NCBI GenBank assembly: GCA_963697275.1
Contig: CAVONF010000005.1
Span: 241,964 to 305,963, forward strand
DNA length: 64,000 nucleotides
From: an uncultured Chloroflexia bacterium
GTDB taxonomy: Bacteria; Chloroflexota; Limnocylindria; Limnocylindrales; CSP1-4
Direction of reading: 5' to 3'
This document shows positions 1 to 9,493 of the stretch, piece by piece (position 1 is the stretch's first letter; every line of letters begins with the position of its first letter). The notes below the pieces were generated by a model. That model was not told where the DNA came from. It did not search any database and saw only the letters and a program-made list of their open reading frames with translations. The translations under genes were made by a program, and so were the position numbers.

Positions 1-393
1 GCCAGCGGCAACCCCGGGTAGCCACCCCCGCTGCCCATATCGAGCAGGGCCGCCCCTGGCGGCAACAGTTCGCTCAGCCGCGGCACGACGCTTAACGAAT
101 TCACAGACATGCCGCCGGGCGACCTCAGCGGGCGCGCGGATGGCGGTCAGATTGATGGCCCTGTTCCAGTCGCGCAGGAGTCGCGCGTGTGCCTCATAGC
201 TGCGTCGTGCCGGTGCTGAGCCAGCCGCAGCAGCCGCCAGTCCCAGCTCGAGCAGTCCCGCCGTGAGGGCAGCCTCGAAGTCCTCGCCCAGCGGTGCCAG
301 GACCCAGGGATCGACGGGCAGCTCCGGGCGTGGCGTGGGGTCTCTGGCCTCTGGCATGGACGGCTCTTCCTCGGTCCGGGCCGGGCCGGACAT
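1..393 (-). CDS. rsmG: 16S rRNA (guanine(527)-N7)-methyltransferase RsmG/GidB, 5' part; runs off the window, one frameshift near 100
   Basis: Manual translation gives LLRDWNRAINLTAIR...RRH and then LLDMGSGGGYPGLPLA, both RsmG motifs. The start could also be 420. Confidence 0.85.
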   Translation of the reverse strand, partial: MSGPARTEEEPSMPEARDPTPRPELPVDPWVLAPLGEDFEAALTAGLLELGLAAAAAGSAPARRSYEAHARLLRDWNRAINLTAIRAPAEVARRHVCEFVKRRAAAERTVAARGGPARYGQRGWLPGVAAG

Positions 394-662
394 GGGTGCG
401 CCGGGAGCGACCCTCCTCATGGCCGGCTCGCGGTCGTCGTCGCGAACTCGTTACCCGGGCCAAAGCCGCTCCCGGCGTCGGAACGTTCCTCGCACCCAGG
501 CGTTTCAGTCTTCCGCCGCCCGGACGATCGTCTCGCGCGGATCTCTCCGCACGTCGTCCCGGGCCGCGTTACCGTACTCCGCCTCTGCACGACACCACAC
601 AGGGCACCGCGTGGTGCAGGGGTCGGAAGTGTCCGCGCGGTGCGCTGCGCGCGTCAACCCGG

Positions 663-704
663 TTATCCACGAATCGTGGTGCCTGCAGGCACCGTTGTGG
701 ATAA
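663..704. promoter_or_regulatory. Inverted pair of DnaA-box-like 9-mers around a palindrome
   Basis: TTATCCACG (663-671, 1 mismatch to TTATCCACA) and TGTGGATAA (696-704, perfect reverse complement) flank the palindrome GGTGCCTGCAGGCACC (678-693). Confidence 0.5.
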
Positions 705-760
705 CCGCGATCGCGCGTGGAGGACACGCCGGCCGCTGGCACGAGGCCAGGCTGCGCGCC

Positions 761-1120
761 CTAGGGCTCCGCGGTCGGGCGAGCCGGTCGCGCCGGCCGG
801 CCCATGCTGCGGCGCAGCACCTCCATCACTTCGTCGGTCACGACCTCGGTGTCTCCCGACTTCGCGGCCCGGATCAGGCACCCGTGCACGTGGTCCTCCA
901 GCAGCAGCATCGTCACCGCATCGACCGCGGCGCGCAGCGCTGCGGTCTGCTGCATCACGTCGAGGCATCGTTCATCACGCTCGATCATGCGGGCGATGCC
1001 GCGCACCTGGCCCTCCATGCGTGCCAGGCGGCGCAGCATCTGGGCGCGGTCGCGGGTGTAGGGTCTTGGCTGCCGCGCTGCGCTGCGTCTTCTCGGGGTG
1101 CTGCCGGCCGGGCTGACCAC
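761..1120 (-). CDS. csoR: CsoR/RcnR-family metal-sensing transcriptional repressor
   Basis: RRLARMEGQVRGIARMI...RCLDVMQQ...LLEDHVHGC with the C-H-C ligand pattern. GGGAGG Shine-Dalgarno upstream. Confidence 0.9.
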   Translation of the reverse strand: MVSPAGSTPRRRSAARQPRPYTRDRAQMLRRLARMEGQVRGIARMIERDERCLDVMQQTAALRAAVDAVTMLLLEDHVHGCLIRAAKSGDTEVVTDEVMEVLRRSMGRPARPARPTAEP

Positions 1121-1143
1121 CGTTCCTCCCTGCTGTCCGTCGA

Positions 1144-1161
1144 ATACTGGGAGGGAGTATA
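1144..1161 (-). promoter_or_regulatory. CsoR/RcnR-type operator overlapping the csoR -10 box
   Basis: ATACT-GGGAGGG-AGTAT is an inverted repeat around a G-tract, like the RcnR/CsoR TACT-G6-N-AGTA site. It overlaps TATACT on the minus strand. Confidence 0.75.
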
Positions 1162-1193
1162 ACGCCGCGCGACCCCGGCGGCCGCCGCGGCGC

Positions 1194-1613
1194 TCACGGT
1201 GCCGCCGGGCGCTCGGCGAGCAGCTCCAGGACGCCCCACGTCGCCAGGGCCATGCCCCCGCCGGCCAGCCACGACCCCGGCGCGTCCAGGGGCGCCAGAC
1301 TGCTGCCCTCGGTGCCCACCAGCCTGAGGACCTCGCTGCTGAAGCCGATCAGGGCGACCAGCAGCAGGGCCACATAGGCAGCGGGGCGGTCGAGACCGGC
1401 ACGGCCGCTCTTCGTCGTGTACGGCAGCACGATCAGGGCCAGCATCGCCACTGCAGCCACGAACATGACCACGCCGCTGCCGTCGAAGCCGCTGGCCGTC
1501 TCCGCCGCGAGCACCACGCCCCCGACCTTGAGCCAGGCCAGGGGCATGGAGCAGATGGCCAGGCTGGCGCCGAGGGCGATGAGCGTCCGTCCTCGACCGA
1601 GGCCCCGCCTCAC
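1194..1613 (-). CDS. Hypothetical membrane protein (about 4 TM)
   Basis: 139 aa hydrophobic ORF with a GTGA overlap with the hpt stop. Confidence 0.75.
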   Translation of the reverse strand: MRRGLGRGRTLIALGASLAICSMPLAWLKVGGVVLAAETASGFDGSGVVMFVAAVAMLALIVLPYTTKSGRAGLDRPAAYVALLLVALIGFSSEVLRLVGTEGSSLAPLDAPGSWLAGGGMALATWGVLELLAERPAAP

Positions 1614-2167
1614 TCGCCGCCGTAGACCTCCGGTCTCAGAACGCCGATGTAGGGCAGGTTGCGGTAGATCTCGTCGTAGTCGAGCCCGTAGCCGATGACG
1701 AAGCGGTCGGGGATCTCGAAGCCGCAGTAGGTGATGTCGATCTCGACCAGCCGCCGCGCCGGCTTGTCAAGCAGGGAGCAGATGTGCAGGCTGCGCGGCT
1801 CCTTGCCGCGCAGGTACTCGGTCAGGTAGTTGAGGGTCAGGCCGGTGTCGATGATGTCCTCGACGATGAGGACATCCTTGCCCTCGATGGAGGAGGAGAG
1901 GTCCTTGAGGATGCGCACCTGGCCGGACGTCTCGGTCGCACCACCGTACGAGGAGACCTCCATGAGGTCGATGCGCACGGGGATGGTGATCGAGCGCATC
2001 AGGTCAGCCATGAAGGGCAGGGCGCCCTTGAGTACGCTCACGAGCGTGACCTGCTTGTCGGCGTAGTCGGCCGAGATCCGCGCGCCCAGCTCGGCCACCT
2101 TGGCCTGCAACGTGGCCTCGTCGATGAGGACCTCGGCGACGTCCTTCTCCAGTGCTGATGCGGGCAT
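1610..2167 (-). CDS. hpt: Hypoxanthine phosphoribosyltransferase
   Basis: VLKGA, VSSYGG, VLIVEDIIDTGLTL (PRPP motif), FVIGYGLDY. Confidence 0.97.
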   Translation of the reverse strand: MPASALEKDVAEVLIDEATLQAKVAELGARISADYADKQVTLVSVLKGALPFMADLMRSITIPVRIDLMEVSSYGGATETSGQVRILKDLSSSIEGKDVLIVEDIIDTGLTLNYLTEYLRGKEPRSLHICSLLDKPARRLVEIDITYCGFEIPDRFVIGYGLDYDEIYRNLPYIGVLRPEVYGGE

Positions 2168-2213
2168 CCGCTCCGCTCCTTCTTGTTGTGCTGTGGTTCC
2201 GGCTCGTGCCCGG

Positions 2214-2663
2214 TCAGCCGCTGGCTGGACTGCCGCTGCGAGCTGCCGCGCTCGCGCCGGCCGGGGCCGTCATGTCCCGTTCGGCGGTGTCGCGCCTGGG
2301 GGGTGGCTGGCCGTCGATGCCGATGAGTGAAGCCGCGGCGTCCAGTCGCCCGTACTTGAGCAGCAGGGCCCGAAAGTCGCGGGCGTAGAAGAGCTTGATA
2401 CGCACCATCGGGTAGAGCTCGCGGAGGTGCCGCAGCTTGCGGTTCTTCTTGCGCACGAGGCTCTGTTTGAGCGTCGTCAGCTCGACGTACATCTCCAGGT
2501 CAGGCAGGTAGAAGTCCGGCGCGAAGGACTCCACGACGACCCCATCGCTGTTCCAGCGGATGGGGAAGACGTGCGGTTCGTAGAGCCACTCGACCTTGTA
2601 GTAGTCGAGGATGCGCGCCAGCTCTGCCTCGCTGGCGTGGGCGAAGCGGGGGCTCGGGTTCAA
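2214..2663 (-). CDS. Conserved hypothetical protein, PD-(D/E)XK nuclease-like
   Basis: SE..LA..LDYY.VEWLYEP...FAPDFYLP...YVELTT, followed by a basic KKNRK helix. Confidence 0.7.
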   Translation of the reverse strand: MNPSPRFAHASEAELARILDYYKVEWLYEPHVFPIRWNSDGVVVESFAPDFYLPDLEMYVELTTLKQSLVRKKNRKLRHLRELYPMVRIKLFYARDFRALLLKYGRLDAAASLIGIDGQPPPRRDTAERDMTAPAGASAAARSGSPASG

Positions 2664-3019
2664 CGCGCCTCCCCGCGGAGCCGGGCGATGAGCTGGTGCA
2701 CGTCTCCGCTGAACCCGTCCAGCAGGGCGTGGGCATCGAGCACGTCGTCGACGCTGATGGGCGGCGCATCGGCAACGGCGGTCTCCGTCGGGGGACCGCT
2801 CCGGACCAGCTCGCCGCCTTCGAGCGTGGCCACATCACCATCGACCTGGATGGTCACGATGGCGACCGCCTGTGAACCGCAGTGGGGGCAGGACAGGTCC
2901 ACGAAATAGAGCTCTTCGCGCTGGGCGATGAGCCGGATGTGCGCCTCTCCGTAGGGCTGTCCGCAGGCGGCACAGCCGAAGGAAGCCAGTTCGCTCGTCA
3001 GCCAGCGCTCAGCGTCCAT
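2660..3019 (-). CDS. Zn-ribbon-like hypothetical protein
   Basis: CAAC...CPHC pair. Its stop overlaps the next start. TACACT lies 6 nt before the ATG. Confidence 0.75.
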   Translation of the reverse strand: MDAERWLTSELASFGCAACGQPYGEAHIRLIAQREELYFVDLSCPHCGSQAVAIVTIQVDGDVATLEGGELVRSGPPTETAVADAPPISVDDVLDAHALLDGFSGDVHQLIARLRGEAR

Positions 3020-3161
3020 GCCACCAGTGTACGGCGCGTGTCATGCGCTGAGGTTCCGGCGGCGTTCCATCCTGGTGGCGAAGCACACCCTCGCCTCCCT
3101 TGCACCTGCCGTGCGTGGTATACCGTTGCGACCCAGCACCACAGGGGAGGATGAACGTTCG

Positions 3162-4028
3162 ATGGGTTACTCGACCAGGCGCAGCAGCGCCATCGCAGCC
3201 GCGTCGCTGCTGATGCTGACCCTGGCCGCCACACCGGCGGCCGCCCAGGACGAGGCCACGGAGGCAGACGGCCACCTGGCCCGCATCCTGGAGGCCGGTG
3301 TCATCCGCATGTCCACTGACCCGGCCTATCCGCCGCAGTCCGAGCTGGTCAACGGCGAGATCGTCGGGTTCGACATCGACGTCGGTCGCGAGATCGCGAC
3401 GCGCCTGGGCGTCGAACTGACGCTGGAGACGCCGGATTGGGCCCTCGTGTCGGCGGGCTCATGGAGCGACCGCTGGGACTTCAGCGTGGGCTCCATGACC
3501 ATCACCTCGACGCGCCAGGACGTGCTCGATTTCACGCAGCCGTACTACTACACCCCGGCCCAGATGGCCGTCCACGTCGACACGGGCATCAGCAGCGTGG
3601 ATGGCCTGGCCGGCAAGACCATCTGCATGGGCGAGGGCACGACGTACCTGGAGTGGATGAACGGCACGCTCGACTTCGGGACCGAGACGCCGGAAGTCGC
3701 CCCGCCGGAGGGTGCGGTCGCCGTGACCCGCACGACGGACCGCGACTGTGCCCAGGAGTGGGGTCTTGGGCGCCAGGATTTCGAGGGCTGGCTGTCGTCG
3801 TCCACGACCGTGCAGTCCGCCATCGACGATGGCCTGCCGGTCATCCCCGTCGGTGAGCCGATCTTCTACGAGCCGCTCGCTGTCGCCTTCGACAACACCG
3901 TCGAGGATAACGACTCGCTCGTGGCAGCCGTCGATGCCATCGTCGGCGAGATGCACGAGGATGGCACGCTCCGCGAGCTGAGTCTCAAGTGGTACGGGCT
4001 GGACCTCACCGAGCCGCCGGAAGAGTAG
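3162..4028 (+). CDS. Polar amino-acid ABC transporter substrate-binding protein
   Basis: Signal peptide ending AAA|Q, STDPAYPPQS...GFDIDVG...D..GSMTIT..R...DFTQPYY. GGGGAGG SD upstream. Confidence 0.93.
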   Translation: MGYSTRRSSAIAAASLLMLTLAATPAAAQDEATEADGHLARILEAGVIRMSTDPAYPPQSELVNGEIVGFDIDVGREIATRLGVELTLETPDWALVSAGSWSDRWDFSVGSMTITSTRQDVLDFTQPYYYTPAQMAVHVDTGISSVDGLAGKTICMGEGTTYLEWMNGTLDFGTETPEVAPPEGAVAVTRTTDRDCAQEWGLGRQDFEGWLSSSTTVQSAIDDGLPVIPVGEPIFYEPLAVAFDNTVEDNDSLVAAVDAIVGEMHEDGTLRELSLKWYGLDLTEPPEE

Positions 4029-4140
4029 CCCGGTATCCACGTGCTCGCAGCGGGGTGTCTGACCGCTCCGCTGCGGGCGGGTCCACCAGGGGCCTGACCG
4101 GGCAGGACCCGGCAGGAACGTCGGCGGGGGCCACCTAGGG

Positions 4141-4941
4141 ATGTCCGGCACCGCTCCGATCGTCGCCCAGATCGCCGCAGAGGATGGCCGGCGGCGGCTG
4201 CGCTTCCGCACGGCCTTCGCCATCACCTGGGCCATCCTCATCGGGGGCTTCTCGCTGTGGCTGGTCTCCATCGATCGCTTCGATGTCGACTTCATCCTCG
4301 CGCAGGCTCCCTACATCCTTGCCGGCGCGCCACTGACGGTCTTCATCTCCGTCTTCTCCATCGGCCTGGCCATCGTCTTCGCCCTCGTCGGGGCGATGGG
4401 CCGCATCTCCCGGAGCGCACCGATCTATGCGGTCGCCACGCTCTACGTCTCGGCGGTGCGGGGCACCCCGCTCATCTTCCAGATCCTCTTCGTCTACCTG
4501 GCCCTGCCGCAGCTCTTCCCGGAGGCCGCACGTGTGCCCGGCATCGTGCTCGGCGTCTTCGCCCTCGCCTTCAACTACGGCGCCTACCTGACCGAGATCT
4601 TCCGGGCTGGCATCGAGGCCGTGCCGCCCGGACAGCGGGAAGCGGCCCTGGCGCTGGGCCTGAGCCAGCGGCGCATCATGAGCCGCATCGTCCTGCCGCA
4701 GGCCATCCGCATCGTCACGCCGGCCATCGGCAACGAGTTCATCGCCATGATCAAGGACTCGGCGCTGATCTCGTTCATCGGCGTGCAGGAGCTGCTGTGG
4801 CGGGCCAAGACCATCGGCACGGCCAACTTCCGGACCCTCGAGACCTTGCTCCTGGCGGCGGGCGTGTACTGGATCCTGACCATGGTGTTCTCCTACTTCC
4901 AGGAGCGGCTGGAGCGTCGCATGGCGCGAGGTGATCGCTGA
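4141..4941 (+). CDS. Polar amino-acid ABC transporter permease
   Basis: RGTPLIFQ, AYLTEIFRAGI..VPPGQREAALALGL (EAA motif), IKDSAL. Confidence 0.95.
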   Translation: MSGTAPIVAQIAAEDGRRRLRFRTAFAITWAILIGGFSLWLVSIDRFDVDFILAQAPYILAGAPLTVFISVFSIGLAIVFALVGAMGRISRSAPIYAVATLYVSAVRGTPLIFQILFVYLALPQLFPEAARVPGIVLGVFALAFNYGAYLTEIFRAGIEAVPPGQREAALALGLSQRRIMSRIVLPQAIRIVTPAIGNEFIAMIKDSALISFIGVQELLWRAKTIGTANFRTLETLLLAAGVYWILTMVFSYFQERLERRMARGDR

Positions 4942-5816
4942 TGGTGGCCCTGGGCGAGGTCGTCCTCGAGGCGACGGACATCGAGAAGTACTTCGGCTCC
5001 CACCACGTACTGCGGGGGGTCAGCCTGGCCGTGCGCCAGCACGAGACGGTCATGCTCATCGGCCGGTCCGGTTCGGGCAAGACGACGTTCCTGCGCTGCC
5101 TGAACTTCCTCGAGGAGCCCACCGTGGGGACGGTGGCCATGGGTGACCTGCGCATCGAGGCCGATCCACTCCAGCGAGCCGGGCGAAGCCGCTCCCGGGA
5201 CATCCGCCAGCTCCGCCAGCAGACCGGCATGGTCTTCCAGGAGTTCAACCTCTTCCCGCACATGAGCGTGCTCGACAACTGCATCGAGGCGCCAGTGAAC
5301 GTGAAGGGTGTACCCAGGAGCGAGGCCATCGCCAACGCCGAGCGCTACCTCGAGAAGGTGCAGCTGCTGGACAAGCGCAACGAGTATCCGGCGCGGATGT
5401 CCGGGGGCGAGAAGCAGCGTGCCGCCATCGCCCGAGCACTGTGCATGGAGCCCCAGGTGCTCTTCTTCGATGAGCCCACCAGCGCGCTCGATCCCGAACT
5501 CATCGGCGAGGTCATCGTGGTCATGGAGCAGCTGGCGCACGAGGGCGCCACCATGATCGTGGTCTCCCATGAGATGGCCTTCGCGCGGGAGGCCGCCGAT
5601 CGCGTCCTCTACCTGGAGGGCGGCGTGGTGGTCGAGGAGGGGCCCCCGGAGCAGGTGCTCGACGAGCCCAGGGAGGAGGCCACCAAGCAGTTCCTGCGGC
5701 GCTTCCTCAGCGAGGGCGCGAGGGCGCCAACGGTCGATGAACCGTACCCGGTGGACCCGTTCGTGGGCCGCTCCGGCGGTGGCGGCAGCAGGCACGGCCA
5801 CGGCGGCGGGGGATAG
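4941..5816 (+). CDS. Polar amino-acid ABC transporter ATP-binding protein
   Basis: GRSGSGKTT, MSGGEKQR, FFDEPTSALDPE, HEM. Confidence 0.95.
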   Translation: MVALGEVVLEATDIEKYFGSHHVLRGVSLAVRQHETVMLIGRSGSGKTTFLRCLNFLEEPTVGTVAMGDLRIEADPLQRAGRSRSRDIRQLRQQTGMVFQEFNLFPHMSVLDNCIEAPVNVKGVPRSEAIANAERYLEKVQLLDKRNEYPARMSGGEKQRAAIARALCMEPQVLFFDEPTSALDPELIGEVIVVMEQLAHEGATMIVVSHEMAFAREAADRVLYLEGGVVVEEGPPEQVLDEPREEATKQFLRRFLSEGARAPTVDEPYPVDPFVGRSGGGGSRHGHGGGG

Positions 5817-5906
5817 CCGGCCCGCGTGGAGGGTCAGGCACCTGGGAAGCCGCCCGGTGGGAGGTCGTCCGCCTGGGCAGGCTCAGGCCTTGCCCGGGGC
5901 GTGGCG

Positions 5907-6079
5907 TTCCTGCCAGTCACGTATCCGACCGGTTTGACAGCCGACCGACCCGCGTTGGAACGGCCACGCCAATGGCTGACCCCCTCGGGCGATCCACGTT
6001 CGTGCCAGTGCAGCAGGCAGCACGTCCATGCCCGGACGGTCCGTTATGTGACTGCCACGCAAGATGTGCCTGTCACGCA
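5907..6079. repeat. REP/BIME-like intergenic element, copy 1
   Basis: Inverted motifs TTCCTGCCAGTCACGTAT (5907) and TTATGTGACTGCCACGCA (ends 6061), internal degenerate copies at a 91-92 bp period, and an extra right motif at 6062-6079. Homologous to 32946-33100. Confidence 0.7.
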
Positions 6080-6155
6080 AGTGCGCGGAGCCGCGCGTGC
6101 CCGCGACGGCGCACCGTGCCAGCGCACCATGTCACCGCTGCCCCTGCGGAGCGGT

Positions 6156-6870
6156 CTATATCTCCCCCAGGTAGGAGCGACGCACGTCCTCGTTGGCAGC
6201 CAGCCCGGCAGCCGAGTCGGCCAGGATGATGCGACCCGTCTGGAGCACATACCCACGGTCTGCGATCGCCAGGGCCTGGCTGGCGTTCTGCTCCACGAGC
6301 AGGATGGCGGTCCCCTCGCGGTGGATCTGCTGGATCGGTCTCGAAGATGAGCTCCACCAGGTTCGGGGCCAGGCCCATGGAGGGCTCGTCAAGGAGCAGG
6401 ATGCGCGGCTTGGCCATCAGGGCGCGACCCATGGCCAGCATCTGCTGCTCGCCACCCGACAGCGTGCCGGCGATCTGCCCGGCACGTTCCTTGAGCCTCG
6501 GGAACATGCTGTAGGCGCGCTCGATGCCGGCCTCCACGGCCGCCTTGTCGCTGACCGAATAGGCTCCCATGCGCAGGTTCTCTTCGATGGTCAGCCGGGC
6601 AAAGACGCGCCGGCCTTCGGGGACCTGGACGACGCCGAGGGTGACGACGTCATGGGCCGCCACCGTGGTGAGGTCGGTGCCGTCGAAGAGCAGCCGCCCG
6701 CTGCGCGGCCGGATCAGCCCGCTGATGGTGTTCAGGGTGGTGGACTTGCCGGCGCCGTTGGCCCCGATGAGCGTGACGATCTCGCCGTCATCGACGGTCA
6801 GGGAGATGCCCCGCACGGCGTGGATGTTGCCGTAGTAGGTGTTCAGGTCGGTGACTTCGAGCAGGGCCAT
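6156..6870 (-). CDS. livF: Branched-chain amino-acid ABC transporter ATPase (frameshift near 6340)
   Basis: GANGAGKST, VPEGRRVF, LSGGEQQMLA, DEPSMGLAP. The C-terminal LLVEQNA..AL...VRRSYLGEI is in a second frame. Confidence 0.93.
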
Positions 6871-6872
6871 GG

Positions 6873-7761
6873 TCAAGCCTCAACGTCCGGCTTCGAGGCC
6901 GGCCCGTGCGCAGCTGGCTTTGCCGAGGCTCCGTCCGCTGCCTCGCCGCCCACCGCTTCTGCTCCTCCCGCCGCCTCCTCGTCAGCAGCGCGCTCTGCGG
7001 TACCCTTGCCCAGGTAGGCCTCGATGACACGCTGGTCGCGCTGGATCTGGGCAGGCGTGCCCTCGGCGATGCGCTGGCCGTAGTCGAGCACGGTGATGCG
7101 CTCGGAGATGCCCATCACCACGCGCATCTCGTGCTCGATGAGCAGGATGGTGATGCCCCGTTCGTCACGCAGGCGGCGGATCAGCGCCGTCGTCTCGGCG
7201 GTCTCGGCGGGGTTCATGCCCGGCGGTCGGCTCGTCGAGCAGCAGCAGGCGTGGTCTGGTCGCCAGGGCACGCGCGATCTCGAGGCGGCGCTGGTCGCCG
7301 TAGGGCAGGCTGGACGCCTGAACCTCGCCCTTGCCCCCCAGGCCGACGAAGTCGAGCAGCTCCAGGGCCTCGGCCTCGGCCGCCCGCTCTTCCTCGCGCT
7401 GGCCGCGCGTGCGCAGGATGGCCCGGACCCAGCCGGTCACGAAGTGCTGGTGCGCGCCGACGAGCACATTCTCGAGGGCGGTCATGCCCTTGAAGAGCCG
7501 GATGTTCTGGTACGTGCGCGAGAGACCCAGGTGGGCGATGCGGTCCGGACGCAGCTGGTGGATGGGATGACCGTCCAGGACGATGCTGCCCTCGTCGATC
7601 TGGTAGAAGCCGGCGATGCAGTTGAAGAACGTCGTCTTGCCGGCGCCGTTGGGCCCGATGACGCTGACGATGGCGCCCTCGTCCAGGTTGAAGTCGAGCG
7701 CGTTGACGGCCAGCAGGCCGCCGAACCGCTTGGTCGCGTTGGCGATCTCCAGCAGCGCCAT
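6873..7761 (-). CDS. livG: Branched-chain amino-acid ABC transporter ATPase (frameshift near 7225)
   Basis: KRFGGL, GPNGAGKTT, LPYGDQRRLEIARAL, DEP|GMNPAE, IEHEM, VIEAYLG. Confidence 0.93.
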
Positions 7762-7764
7762 GGC

Positions 7765-9493
7765 CTACGAGGCCTCCGTGGTGGCGTCCAGGGGCAGGGC
7801 CGCGGTGGCTGGTTCGCGCGCCGTGCATCTCGCGACGTCCGATCCGCGACGGCCACAGGCCCTCGGGCCGGAAGCGCATCATCACCATGAGCACGATGCC
7901 GTAGAACAGGAAGCGGTACTCGGAGAACTCGCGGAACAGCTCCGGCAGCCCGATGAGCACGATGGCACCGAGGACGACGCCGGGGATGCTGCCCATGCCG
8001 CCGACGATGACGATGGCGGCCACGTTGATGGAGACCAGGATGTTGATGCTGCTGGGGAAGACGGCCCCGATGAGGCCCGCGAAGATGGCGCCGCCGAGCC
8101 CGGCGAAGGCGGCGCCCAGCATGTAGGCCAGCACCTTGGTCTGGACCAGGTTCACGCCCAGCGCCTCGGCGACGTCCTCATCCTCACGGATGGCCAGCCA
8201 GGCCCGACCCAGCCGGGAGCCTCGCAGCCGCCAGGCCACGAAGGCGACGATGGCCGCACAGGCCAGGGCGATGTAGTAGATCTGGACCGGCCCGTTCAGG
8301 AAGTCCGTGACCGCCGTGGCGATGGGCGGCGGGATGTTGAGGATGCCCTGCGGCCCACCGAGCCAGGGTTTGAGCAGGTCGGACTTGACCAGGATGGCGA
8401 TGATCTCACCGAACCCAAGGGTGGCGATGGCCAGGTAGTCACCGCGGATACCCAGGATGGGCAGGCCCAGGAAGACACCGAAGGCCATGGCCGCGAGGAT
8501 GGCGAAGGGCACGGCGAACCAGAAGGACAGGTCGGCGATGCCGAATCGGCCCCGTGGATGTCAGCAGGGCGACGGTGTAGGCGCCCGACCGCGAAGAAGG
8601 CCACGAAGCCCAGGTCGAGCAGACCGGCCAGGCCCAGCGTGATGTTGAGGCCGAGGCCCATGAGGATGTAGAGCGCGATCAGCGCCACCGCCTGGGCCAC
8701 GAAGGAACCCATGCCCAGGGGCAGCCACAGGATGAACAGCAGGAGCACGCCCGACAGCGGGATGGCCGCCCGCTGCCGCTGCTGCTGCGGCATGCGACGG
8801 ACGCGTTCCCGGATGCGGAGGGTCTCCCAGGTGAGGTAGGCGACCGTGGTCACGGCGATGGTGATCGAGTGCGCCGGTCGGTGTCAGGCCTTCGGACGCG
8901 AACAGCGTCCGTGCCCACTCTGACAGCGGACCGGTGAGCATCGGCTGGCGCAGCAGCCCCGCGAACAGCCCCAGGGCCACGACGGCCATGAGGTTGGCGA
9001 TGATGAGATTCCGCGCCAGGCGCGGGAGCAGGGCCAGGATGGCCGCCCGCCACACCCAGGTCAGTGCCGGCCAGCGCCGGGATCCAGAAGCCGTTGACGA
9101 CCGGGTCGCTGCCGAAGGTCAGGACCTCGAACAGCTCGGGGGAGGCGTTGGGCAGGAAGGAGCGCAGGTTGACGACCGTGCTCAGGAGGATGAACCCGGT
9201 CAGGAAGGCCCCGCCGATGAGCCCGCCAGCCCACCACCGACGATGCCCGGCAGCGTGCCGGCCGGCGCCCGCTGCGTGGCCACGCAGCCGCCGATCAGGC
9301 CGGTGAGCGCCAGTGACATCTGGCCGAGCGAGACGACGTCCTTGACCAGTGGCCGCCCTGCCGAAGACGGGCACGATGCCGACCACGCAGAGGTAGATGG
9401 CCACGGCGCCCGCGATGAGCCCGACGCTGATGGACACCGCGCCAGGCATCGAGGCGGCTGGTCGTGCGGGGCGGCGGCATCGACCGCGGTCAT
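7765..9493 (-). CDS. livM: Branched-chain amino-acid ABC permease with extended N-terminal membrane region (several frameshifts)
   Basis: GLGLNITLGLAGLLDLGFVAFFAVG, RGDYLAIATLGFGEI, GRAWLAIREDE, FRPEGL. Confidence 0.85.

Noticed and set aside
520-730. oriC
   Set aside because: There are only two DnaA boxes, no AT-rich unwinding element and no dnaA/dnaN in the window.
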